Shown: positions 9,010-17,246 of the stretch, one piece after another
Layout of the letters: each line of letters begins with the position of its first letter
Numbering within the stretch: position 1 is the stretch's first letter
Assembly: GCA_018698735.1 (NCBI GenBank)
Contig: JABIPD010000110.1
Coordinates: 1-33,147, forward strand
Reading direction: 5' to 3'
From: Candidatus Jacksonbacteria bacterium
GTDB taxonomy: Bacteria > Patescibacteriota > Patescibacteriia > UBA9629 > GWA2-43-13
Length of the DNA stretch: 33,147 nt
Program-made: the position numbers and the translations under genes
The notes under the pieces: model-generated
What the model saw: only the letters and a program-made list of their open reading frames with translations
The model's database searches: none
Told to the model about the DNA's origin: nothing

Positions 9010-12000
9010 ATGTCGTCATCGTCGTCCTCTTCCTCTTCTTCCAAAACAACCGCAAAAGTAGAGCGGTTAAATGGATATTATGCAAAAGTTACTGTTCCGT
9101 CGGAGGCTATTCCTCATTTAAAGGAACAAACTGGAATGCGATTTACTCGCAGATTTACTCGCCCTGGTGTTGATCCGCTCGAAGAAATTACCTACGAAAA
9201 GCGGACAACAAAAATTACAAATCCAGATGGGTCTATTGTTTTTGAAATGAAAGACGCCTATATCCCTGCCTCTTGGACACAGATTGCTGCAGATATTATG
9301 GTTTCGAAGTATTTTCGAAAAGCAGGTGTCCCTCAAACAGACGAAGACGGTAAAGAAAAAAAAGACGATAACGGCGAGGCCGTACTTGGGCCAGAGCGAA
9401 GTGCAAAGCAAGTGGTGGCTCGGTTGGCTGGCTGTTGGAGATTTTGGGGAGAAAAATATAATTATTTTGCTTCTCCAGAAGACGCTCAAATTTTTGAGGA
9501 CGAGCTTAAGTACATGCTTATCCATCAATACGCTGCTCCGAATTCTCCTCAGTGGTTTAATACCGGACTTAATTGGGCATACGGAATAACCGGCCCAGCA
9601 CAAGGGCATCATTATGTAGACCCAGATAGCGAGAAATTAAAAGAATCAGAAGACGCATATACGCACCCACAACCACATGCTTGTTTTATTCAAGCAGTGT
9701 CAGATGACTTGGTAAACGATGGTGGCATAATGGATTTGTGGATACGAGAATCGCGTCTTTTTAAATATGGATCAGGAACAGGAACAAACTTTTCAAACCT
9801 TAGAGGCCGTGGAGAAAAACTTTCAGGCGGCGGGCAATCTTCTGGATTAATGTCATTTTTAAAGATAGGGGATGCCGCAGCTGGGGCTATTAAATCTGGA
9901 GGAACAACCCGAAGAGCCGCAAAAATGGTGTGTTTAGATCTTGACCATCCAGAAATAGAAGGCTTTATTAACTGGAAGGTAAAAGAAGAGAAAAAAGTAG
10001 CTGCTCTTATTTCTGCTGGATATGATTCCCATTTTGAAGGCGAGGCGTATCAGACTGTTACTGGCCAAAATTCAAATAATTCTATCCGCGTTCCTCATGC
10101 ATTCATGCACGAGCTCGATAAAGACGGATCGTGGAATTTGGTTGCCAGGACCGATGGCTCTATTATGAAAGAAATGCCAGCCAAAGAATTATGGGATCAG
10201 GTTGCCCATGCTGCTTGGGTTTGCGCAGATCCAGGGGTGCAATACGACGACACCATTAATGAATGGCACACATGCGCACAATCTGGGCGTATTCGAGCGT
10301 CGAATCCGTGCAGTGAGTACATGTTTTTAGATGATACTGCATGTAATTTGGCGTCTATTAATTTAATAAAATTTTACGATACCGAAACACGAAAATTTGA
10401 TGTTGAAAGCTATAAACATGCTATTCGCCTTTGGACAGTTGTATTAGAAATTAGTGTTCTTATGGCGCAGTATCCGAGCAAAGAGATTGCAGAAAGATCT
10501 TTTATCTATCGCACGCTTGGGCTTGGCTATGCAAACCTTGGGACTGTTTTAATGGTGTCGGGTATTCCGTATGATAGCGATGAGGCACGAGCAATTGCTG
10601 GAAGTTTAACAGCTGTTTTAACGGGAGAATCATATTCAACCAGCGCTGAGATGGCGAGCTTTTTAGGACCATTTTCTGGATACAAAGAAAACAGAGAAGA
10701 CATGCTTCGTGTTATGAGAAACCATCGTAGGGCCGCGTACGATGAATCGGAAACAGAATACGAGGGCTTAGAGGTATTTCCCCACGGAATTAAAAAAGAC
10801 AATGCTCCGGAGTATTTAGTGAAAGCAGCTCAAGAGGCGTGGGATAAAGCTGTAGTATGGGGGGAGGAACATGGCTATAGGAATGCTCAAACAACGGTGA
10901 TTGCTCCTACTGGAACAATTGGGTTGTTAATGGATTGTGACACCACTGGAGTAGAACCAGATTTTGCACTTGTGAAGTTTAAAAAACTTGCAGGTGGGGG
11001 ATACTTTAAAATTGCAAACCAATCTATAGAACCAGCTTTGAATGCTCTTGAATACTCGAAAGAAGAAATGAAAGACATTATGCATCATGTGATTGGAAGC
11101 ATGTCTCTTGACGGTGCTCCTCATGTGAATGTTGAATCTCTTAAGGAAAAAGGTTTTTCTGAGGAAGATATTACAAAAGTAGAGGACCAACTTACCTCGG
11201 TATTCGATTTTTCATTTGCATTTAATAAATTTGCACTCGGAGAAGATGCCTTAAAACGTGCTGGGCTTTCAGACGAGCAGATACAAGATCCATCTTTAAA
11301 TGTATTAGAGGTTCTTGGGTTTAGTGATCAAGAAATTCAGGTGGCTCACAATTATATTTGTGGTCATATGACGCTTGAAGGCGCGCCTCACATAAAAGAT
11401 GAGCATTTATATGTGTTTGATTGTGCCAATAAATGTGGCGACGGGGAAAGATTTATAGAACCAATGGCTCATGTAAAAATGATGGCAGCTGTTCAGCCGT
11501 TTATTTCTGGGTCTATATCTAAAACTGTGAATTTGCCAAACGAGGCAACAGTCGAAGAAATAGAAGATATTTACCACAAAGCGTGGGAATGGGGAGTAAA
11601 ATCGATCGCTTTATACAGAGACGGCTCTAAATTATCACAACCTTTAAATGCCAAAAAAGATAAAAAAGATTCAGATACAGAAGAAGCACAGGAAGAGGAG
11701 GTTCTGGAAAAAGTTGAGACAGCAACCTCTGCTGAAGCTCCTGTGGCCGCAAAACAACCTCAATCAGCAGGAGATAGAGCTTCGTATCAACCAACAGGAA
11801 CATTGCCGTTACCTCTTAGTCTTACTCGTGGAGAGAAACGCCCACTTCCTAAGAAGCGAAATGGTATTACCGTAGAAGCGCGTGTTTCTGGACATAAGAT
11901 ATTTTTGAGAACTGGTGAGTATGAAGACGGGACGATAGGTGAAATCTTTATAGACATGCATAAAGAAGGCGCTGCATTTAGAAGTATGATGAATTGTTTT

Positions 12001-12564
12001 TCGATTGCAATTTCGCATGCTCTTCAGTATGGGGTGCCGTTAGAAAAACTTATTAAGAGTTTTTCGTTTACACGCTTCGAACCTCATGGAATGACAGATC
12101 ATCCTAATATTAAGACCGCAACCAGTGTTATAGATTTTATCTTCCGGATTCTTGCAATGGAATATTTAGGAAGAACCGATTTGGTGCATGTTACTCCGGA
12201 GCAAACCGGAACAGTAATTCGAGTTCAAGAAGTTGCCGAACAGCAAAAGGTTCAGCTCGATATTATTGATCATCCTGTTGAAGAAGTAGGTAGCGTAGAA
12301 GAAAAAAGAGAGGAAGTGAAAGAACCGATAGCAGAAGCGGAGGTAATGGCTGAACCTGAAGTTGAAAAAGAACCTACTGCTGTTTCAGATGGCCCAGGCG
12401 CACTATCAGAAAAAGGATCGACGTCTGACGCTTCTATGGTGAATAAATTTATGAGTGATATGATGGGAGATGCTCCTGCCTGCGACCAATGTGGGCATAT
12501 TACTGTTCGAAATGGCTCGTGTTACAAATGTCTTAATTGTGGAAATTCACTCGGGTGTTCGTAA
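9010..12564 (+). CDS. nrdJ: Class II (adenosylcobalamin-dependent) ribonucleotide reductase
   Basis: 1184 aa. RFTRRFTRPGVDPLEEITYEKR N-terminal block, active-site SNPCSEY and KTVNLP. C-terminal CDQCGHITVRNGSCYKCLNCGNSLGCS zinc-ribbon tail is typical of long NrdJ. Start is uncertain (poly-Ser N-terminus; alternative ATG 9136). Confidence 0.9.
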   Translation: MSSSSSSSSSSKTTAKVERLNGYYAKVTVPSEAIPHLKEQTGMRFTRRFTRPGVDPLEEITYEKRTTKITNPDGSIVFEMKDAYIPASWTQIAADIMVSKYFRKAGVPQTDEDGKEKKDDNGEAVLGPERSAKQVVARLAGCWRFWGEKYNYFASPEDAQIFEDELKYMLIHQYAAPNSPQWFNTGLNWAYGITGPAQGHHYVDPDSEKLKESEDAYTHPQPHACFIQAVSDDLVNDGGIMDLWIRESRLFKYGSGTGTNFSNLRGRGEKLSGGGQSSGLMSFLKIGDAAAGAIKSGGTTRRAAKMVCLDLDHPEIEGFINWKVKEEKKVAALISAGYDSHFEGEAYQTVTGQNSNNSIRVPHAFMHELDKDGSWNLVARTDGSIMKEMPAKELWDQVAHAAWVCADPGVQYDDTINEWHTCAQSGRIRASNPCSEYMFLDDTACNLASINLIKFYDTETRKFDVESYKHAIRLWTVVLEISVLMAQYPSKEIAERSFIYRTLGLGYANLGTVLMVSGIPYDSDEARAIAGSLTAVLTGESYSTSAEMASFLGPFSGYKENREDMLRVMRNHRRAAYDESETEYEGLEVFPHGIKKDNAPEYLVKAAQEAWDKAVVWGEEHGYRNAQTTVIAPTGTIGLLMDCDTTGVEPDFALVKFKKLAGGGYFKIANQSIEPALNALEYSKEEMKDIMHHVIGSMSLDGAPHVNVESLKEKGFSEEDITKVEDQLTSVFDFSFAFNKFALGEDALKRAGLSDEQIQDPSLNVLEVLGFSDQEIQVAHNYICGHMTLEGAPHIKDEHLYVFDCANKCGDGERFIEPMAHVKMMAAVQPFISGSISKTVNLPNEATVEEIEDIYHKAWEWGVKSIALYRDGSKLSQPLNAKKDKKDSDTEEAQEEEVLEKVETATSAEAPVAAKQPQSAGDRASYQPTGTLPLPLSLTRGEKRPLPKKRNGITVEARVSGHKIFLRTGEYEDGTIGEIFIDMHKEGAAFRSMMNCFSIAISHALQYGVPLEKLIKSFSFTRFEPHGMTDHPNIKTATSVIDFIFRILAMEYLGRTDLVHVTPEQTGTVIRVQEVAEQQKVQLDIIDHPVEEVGSVEEKREEVKEPIAEAEVMAEPEVEKEPTAVSDGPGALSEKGSTSDASMVNKFMSDMMGDAPACDQCGHITVRNGSCYKCLNCGNSLGCS

Positions 12565-12626
12565 AAAAAAAATCAACAATTTGTTTCTTATTTCGTATTT
12601 TAGATTTCTGATTTAGCTCAATCTCT

Positions 12627-13082
12627 ATGACTTTTCCTTGGAAAAAACATTCAACCCTTGGGCCTATTGTTGTGTTTTTAGCAATCATTATTGCCTTTGT
12701 TATAGGCTACGATATAGGCTCTGCTCCTGTAATTAAGGCGCCTTCGTCTCTCAACGAAGTTACGTCTTCGGAAGTTTCTCTTATGTTCGATTTTGGAGAC
12801 GGAAATATTACCTCTGAAGTTTTCGACATTTCTAAATATGATTCATCAACTGTCTGGAGTATTACTCAGTCGTTAGCAAAAAAAGAGGGGATAGAAGTGT
12901 CGTTTAAGGAATATGATTCGCTTGGAGTGTTGGTTGAGGCAATAGATAATTACAGGAATTCTGGTGTAGAAAAAGCATGGCAATACTGGGTTAATAATGA
13001 ATATGCAACGGTAAGCTCTTCACTCTATACCCTCTCCGGTGGGGAAGTGGTCATGTGGAAATATGTAGAAGGGCAATTATAG
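12627..13082 (+). CDS. DUF4430-like (transcobalamin-like fold) secreted/anchored protein
   Basis: 151 aa with an N-terminal TM/signal. GVLVEAIDNYRNSGVEKAWQYWVNNEYATVSSSLYTLSGGEVVMWKY fits the recalled DUF4430 pattern (G.fV.sI.g...gW.y.vNg....y.l.dGD.i.W.y). Confidence 0.55.
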   Translation: MTFPWKKHSTLGPIVVFLAIIIAFVIGYDIGSAPVIKAPSSLNEVTSSEVSLMFDFGDGNITSEVFDISKYDSSTVWSITQSLAKKEGIEVSFKEYDSLGVLVEAIDNYRNSGVEKAWQYWVNNEYATVSSSLYTLSGGEVVMWKYVEGQL

Positions 13083-13157
13083 ACAAATAAATTTGACGAA
13101 CCAGATTTGATCACGGTATGATGGAACGTCTGTTTTTATCTTGCAAAAAAACACTGT

Positions 13158-13694
13158 ATGAAATCAAAAAATATCTCAATTATTGTGTGGGCAGCGGCAA
13201 TTGTTATGGCGCTCGTTGTTTCTCGCATACTCCCCCATCCTTGGAATTTTACGCCAATAGGAGCAGCAGCATTTTGGGGTGCCTTTGTGTTTAGGAAATG
13301 GTGGGTAGGGGGTGCTGTGCTTATAGCAGCAATGCTGCTTTCAGATGCCTTTATTGGGTTTTATCAATGGCAAATTTTTGTTGCAGTGTATGGTTCGTTC
13401 GCACTTTATGCAGTGTACGGAAAATTAGCAGCAAAATATTCTTCCTCTCTTTCCCAATGGGGAACAGCACTGTTTGGGTCGTTGTCCTTTTTTGTTATTA
13501 CCAACGCATCGGTCTGGCTGTTTGGAACATTGTATCCCAAAACATTCGATGGCTTAATAGCTTCGTTAGTTGCAGGCATTCCATTCTATAGAAATATGCT
13601 TTTTGGCGATGTTGTGTATATTGCGGTACCTTTGGTCGTTTTTGCTGTCGTTCGAGCTGCCCAAAAAGACGAGCTTGTTAAAAGTGTGGTATAA
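13158..13694 (+). CDS. Multi-pass membrane protein, putative vitamin (B12?) transporter component (DUF6580/ECF-S-like)
   Basis: 178 aa with 5-6 TM helices. N-terminal RILPHPWNFTPIGAAAF motif is recalled from DUF6580-type putative transport proteins. Its position next to nrdJ and the DUF4430-like gene fits that role. Not searched. Confidence 0.45.
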   Translation: MKSKNISIIVWAAAIVMALVVSRILPHPWNFTPIGAAAFWGAFVFRKWWVGGAVLIAAMLLSDAFIGFYQWQIFVAVYGSFALYAVYGKLAAKYSSSLSQWGTALFGSLSFFVITNASVWLFGTLYPKTFDGLIASLVAGIPFYRNMLFGDVVYIAVPLVVFAVVRAAQKDELVKSVV

Positions 13695-13723
13695 TATGTT
13701 GATATAAGCAATAGTGTACATGT

Positions 13724-14038
13724 ATGGTTACTCAAACACCAAAAGCAAAAACAGCACAATCTCCACAGCCCGCACAGAAAACAACACTCTCTCAAAAGCA
13801 AACATTAGAAGACGTTCGAGACTTACTCGATCGAAATGAAAGACTTTTGAGAAGAATACGTAGATACTTAATAGGAGCACAAGTTCTTTCAGTGCTTAAG
13901 ATTGTTATTATTTTAGCGCCATTGGTTGCTGCGATATATTTTTTACCACCATTCCTCGAGAAATTAAGCGAATTATCGCCAGGAGGAGGAATACTCCAGC
14001 AGTATCAAGAGTTGTTGCAAGGCCAACCAAAAGGCTAG
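13724..14038 (+). CDS. Small single-pass membrane protein, unknown function
   Basis: 104 aa. Basic/Gln-rich N-terminus and one TM (VLSVLKIVIILAPLVAAIYFL). Host-like AT-rich composition. Confidence 0.4.
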   Translation: MVTQTPKAKTAQSPQPAQKTTLSQKQTLEDVRDLLDRNERLLRRIRRYLIGAQVLSVLKIVIILAPLVAAIYFLPPFLEKLSELSPGGGILQQYQELLQGQPKG

Positions 14039-14046
14039 TGTAATCT

Positions 14047-15243
14047 ATGTCTCTTACAGAGAAGCAAAATAATTTTGTTCGATCCGTTATCGCCGGCGCA
14101 GTCGCTGGTTTTCTTGTCTCATTTGTCATGACAACGTATTCAAATCCTTCTTCACCTCCCCCGCCAGACAACTCAAAAAACGGGTCAACATTATCGGTAG
14201 AGGAGGAGTCTCAGACCGTTGATGCAGTAGAAAAGGTTCTGCCAAGTGTGGTAAGTATTGTCGTTACAAAAGAGTTGGCTATTATTCAGAGAAATCCTTT
14301 TTCATTTGATCCATTTAATTTTTTTGGAGGCGATCCGTTTGCTCAGCAGCGAGGGACTGTTCAAAAAGAAAAACGCCAGATTGGTGGCGGTAGTGGTTTT
14401 ATTGTAACCGAAGACGGGCTTATTGTTACCAATAGACATGTGGTGATAGACGAAGACGCCGAGTATTCGGTGGTGTTAAACGACGGCACAACCCATGAAG
14501 CCGAGGTATTAGATAGAGATCTTCTTCTCGATTTAGCGGTTTTAAAAATAGATGCCCAAGATTTGCCGGTTGTAGAACTTGGCGATTCCGAATCAGTAAA
14601 AATCGGACAGACAGTAATAGCGATAGGTAATGCACTCGGAGAATTCCAGAATAGTGTTACCAAAGGAGTTGTCTCTGGATTAGGAAGGAATATTGTAGCC
14701 GGAGATAAAGCTGGATCTTCCGAAAGACTTGATGCTGTTATTCAGACAGATGCGGCTATTAGCCCTGGGAATTCTGGTGGCCCGCTTATTAACTTGGCAG
14801 GCCAAGTAATTGGTGTAAATACAGCCGTAAGCCAAGAAGGCGAGAATATTGGGTTTGCTATTCCAGTAAACGAAGCAACGCGAATGGTAGACAGTGTAAA
14901 AGAGAACGGCAGAATTGTTCGACCGTATTTAGGGGTTCGGTATATACTATTAAATGAAGCTATCGCCGAAAAGAATGAAATTGCAATAGACTACGGTGCA
15001 CTTATAGTTCGAGGTGAAAGCAGGGAAGATTTAGCTATTATTCCTGGTAGTCCAGCAGATAAAGCCGGGTTATTAGAAAACGATATTATATTAGAGGTAG
15101 ATGGCAGTGAAATAAACGAAGAGAATAGCTTAGCTCGGGCGTTGTCGAAATATAATGTTGACGATGTTGTTACCTTAAAAGTTGTTAGTAAAGGCAAAGA
15201 AAAAGATGTTTTGGTTACCCTAATAGAAAGATCACAAGAATAA
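14047..15243 (+). CDS. htrA: HtrA/DegP-family serine protease with PDZ domain
   Basis: GGGSGFIVTEDGLIVTNRHVV (His), GNSGGPLINLAGQVIGVNTA (Ser) and a PDZ-like PGSPADKAGLLENDIILEVDG. N-terminal TM anchor. Confidence 0.85.
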   Translation: MSLTEKQNNFVRSVIAGAVAGFLVSFVMTTYSNPSSPPPPDNSKNGSTLSVEEESQTVDAVEKVLPSVVSIVVTKELAIIQRNPFSFDPFNFFGGDPFAQQRGTVQKEKRQIGGGSGFIVTEDGLIVTNRHVVIDEDAEYSVVLNDGTTHEAEVLDRDLLLDLAVLKIDAQDLPVVELGDSESVKIGQTVIAIGNALGEFQNSVTKGVVSGLGRNIVAGDKAGSSERLDAVIQTDAAISPGNSGGPLINLAGQVIGVNTAVSQEGENIGFAIPVNEATRMVDSVKENGRIVRPYLGVRYILLNEAIAEKNEIAIDYGALIVRGESREDLAIIPGSPADKAGLLENDIILEVDGSEINEENSLARALSKYNVDDVVTLKVVSKGKEKDVLVTLIERSQE

Positions 15244-15252
15244 TCGTATAGT

Positions 15253-15288
15253 GTCATTCAGAGCCTGCCTCAGGCGAAGAATCTCTGC
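15253..15288 (+). repeat. GTCAT-capped palindromic intergenic repeat (copy 1)
   Basis: GTCATTCagaGCCTGcctCAGGCgaaGAATCTCTGC has nested inverted repeats ATTC/GAAT and GCCTG/CAGGC. It shares GTCATYC...GRATCT ends with the other copies. Confidence 0.6.
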
Positions 15289-15302
15289 AAAATTATACAT
15301 AT

Positions 15303-16401
15303 ATGAATGAGTTAATCCAAAAACTTGAGAACCTCTTGGCACGCATTGGCGATGCCAGGAGGTATCTTTGACCATCCGAAGCGGTTGCAAGAGCTTTCGG
15401 AGTTAGAGAAAAAAATGCAGCATGCCAGTTTTTGGAGTGACCAGGAGGAAGCGCGTAAGGTTTCTAAGCGTGTGGAGCAGCTTCGAGGTGAGCTCAATGA
15501 ATGGGGAAACTTGGAAGATAACGTATCTACCGATCTTGCGATGGCGCAAGACGAGCAAGGTGCGCTTTTAAAAACAGACTTAACAGAACAACACACTCAG
15601 TATAAAAACCAGTTTGAAAAGCTGGAATTTTTTGTATTATTCGACGGCGCGTACGACGAGAGTAATGCGATTCTTTCTATTCATGCTGGGACGGGTGGGG
15701 TAGATGCTCAAGATTGGGCAGAAATGCTGTTTAGAATGTTTACCAGGTTTGCAGATAAAAAGAACTGGTCGTTTCAGGTGTTAGATATTTCTCGTGGCGG
15801 GGAGGCTGGTATTAAAAGCGTTACCGTAAAGATAGATGGTAGGTATGTGTATGGGTTCTTAAAAGCAGAAGCTGGTGTTCATAGGTTAGTGCGAATATCT
15901 CCTTTCGATGCCGAAAATATGAGGCATACTTCTTTTGCGTTGGTAGATGTTTTGCCAGAATTGCCAGAGGTTGGAAATATCGAAATCCCTGAATCTGAAT
16001 TACGGATAGATGTATTTAGGGCATCTGGGCATGGCGGCCAATCGGTAAACACAACCGATTCTGCTGTTAGGATTGTTCATCTCCCAACCAATATAACCGT
16101 TACCTGCCAAAACGAGCGCTCGCAGCATCAAAACAAAGAAACCGCGATGATGATATTACGTGGCAAGCTTGCAAAAAAGTTAGAACACGATAGAGAAAAA
16201 GAAGAACGAGATTTACGAGGCGAGGTGTTGTCTGCCGAATGGGGGAATCAGATACGGTCGTATGTGTTGCATCCCTACAAACTTGTAAAAGACCATCGCA
16301 CAGAATTTGAATCTACCTCACCTTCAGATGTATTAGATGGGGATTTAGAGGAATTTATCGAAGCGTATTTAAAGTGGAAAAAAGAAACGACCACCGGTTA
16401 G
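15303..16401 (+). CDS. prfB: Peptide chain release factor 2, requires programmed +1 frameshift at 15369
   Basis: ORF0 ATG 15303 (MNELIQKLENLLARIGDARRYL) ends at in-frame TGA 15369-15371. The +1 frame (track ORF 15325..16401) continues DHPKRLQEL... and contains SPF (RISPFD) and GGQ (SGHGGQSVN). Confidence 0.9.
15357..15372 (+). promoter_or_regulatory. RF2 autoregulatory +1 frameshift site
   Basis: AGG AGG TAT CTT TGA C contains an internal SD-like AGGAGG, then the CTT-TGA-C slippery/stop context known from E. coli prfB. Confidence 0.85.
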
Positions 16402-16450
16402 GACGATGGTCAGGTTGGTAAGTTGGCTGTTCACGAAGCTGCTAGGGAGC

Positions 16451-16774
16451 CTAGAGCTTCGCAGATTTGTGAAGTATGGTTCCTATCGTGAAGAGAAAGG
16501 GGATGACTATCGCTCCCCCTGACAATATAGAGAGACGCCAGGGTAGTCGCTGTTCCGACCTCTGCTTCTTGTAGGCGAGAGCGAAGTAGCACCCCAGCAC
16601 CGACACAAAGATCAGTATGGTCAGTATTAAGACCGCAGCTATCCCATGGGGGGATGCAAGTCGACAGCCTACGAACGACGCCACAAGGAGAACCGTTGGA
16701 TGGATGATCGTGCTTCTCTCGGACATGAACTTGAGCGAGCATCCAACTCCTCGTTCGAACCAAGTTATCGACAT
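16451..16774 (-). CDS. GC-rich island 1: small 3-TM membrane protein (107 aa), orphan
   Basis: Start set at ATG 16774 (M55 of track ORF 16451..16936). It lies 28 nt after the upstream stop, with AAAGGA 7 nt upstream. Hydrophobic helices TVLLVASFVGC, IAAVLILTILIFVSVLGCYFALAY and GGAIVIPFLFTIGTIL. Confidence 0.5.
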   Translation of the reverse strand: MSITWFERGVGCSLKFMSERSTIIHPTVLLVASFVGCRLASPHGIAAVLILTILIFVSVLGCYFALAYKKQRSEQRLPWRLSILSGGAIVIPFLFTIGTILHKSAKL

Positions 16775-16802
16775 CGAGGTGTCCTTTCTTCTGTTTAGCA
16801 GC

Positions 16803-17132
16803 CTAGAGTCCCGCTGCTTGACTGAAGATGTTGTAGGTCCAGTGGAGACAGATCCCGCCAGTGATGGATATTGCCGTGAGAGTGGTAGCTCGAACTCCAG
16901 CCACTCGGCCGACTCGAAGAAATCGGCAGGATACATAGGAGATCAGCAGGACTGCTGCGATCGAGCCGAATACCATTAGCTGTACGAACGTGCCACTGTC
17001 CGATGCAGCAAACCTGGTTATCAGTGACCACCCCACGAGTGAGAACATGTAGAGCGCTTCGAAAGCCCTTTTGTTCACTCGAAAGCGTTGACCGTCGTCC
17101 CATTCGGGGCCGTCACAAGTCTGTTTGGTCAT
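16803..17132 (-). CDS. GC-rich island 1: small 3-TM membrane protein (109 aa), orphan
   Basis: ATG 17132. Helices ALYMFSLVGWSLITRF, FVQLMVFGSIAAVLLISYV and LTAISITGGICLHW. Possible promoter TTGATT-17-TAGCTT at 17200-17172 (weak). Confidence 0.55.
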   Translation of the reverse strand: MTKQTCDGPEWDDGQRFRVNKRAFEALYMFSLVGWSLITRFAASDSGTFVQLMVFGSIAAVLLISYVSCRFLRVGRVAGVRATTLTAISITGGICLHWTYNIFSQAAGL

Positions 17133-17213
17133 GGTTTTACCCTTCGTAAGGAACGCGTGGACGTTATTTATAAGCTATCATGGGAAAGGTTATAAATCAA
17201 TTGCATCCACTCC

Positions 17214-17240
17214 GTCATTCCGGCCTTGAGCCGGAATCCA
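17214..17240 (+). repeat. GTCAT-capped palindromic repeat (copy 2)
   Basis: GTCATTCCGGCcttgaGCCGGAATCC has a perfect 8-bp inverted repeat ATTCCGGC/GCCGGAAT. Confidence 0.6.
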
Positions 17241-17246
17241 TGTTTT

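Noticed and set aside
9010-12564. Possible intein or intron in the long (1184 aa) NrdJ, and the odd N-terminal Ser10 run (9013-9042).
   Set aside because: No intein blocks (C/S...HN-C/S/T with endonuclease motifs) are visible. The extra length matches the usual insertions and the C-terminal linker plus zinc ribbon of long class II RNRs. The poly-Ser may simply mean the true start is ATG 9136. That is unresolved and not biologically notable.
16431-17103. Other long ORFs in island 1 (16431..16763 -, 16617..16979 +, 16795..17103 -, and the 16936 start of 16451..16936).
   Set aside because: High GC inflates ORF length in all frames. These overlap the two TM-helix-rich ORFs out of frame and have Ser/Arg/Pro-rich junk-like sequence. 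Only the chosen frames give coherent hydrophobic helices and RBS spacing.
17226-17246. TTG 17226 as the comEC start.
   Set aside because: It lies inside repeat copy 2 (GCCGGAATCC). ATG 17247 is the first canonical start, though the start remains uncertain.
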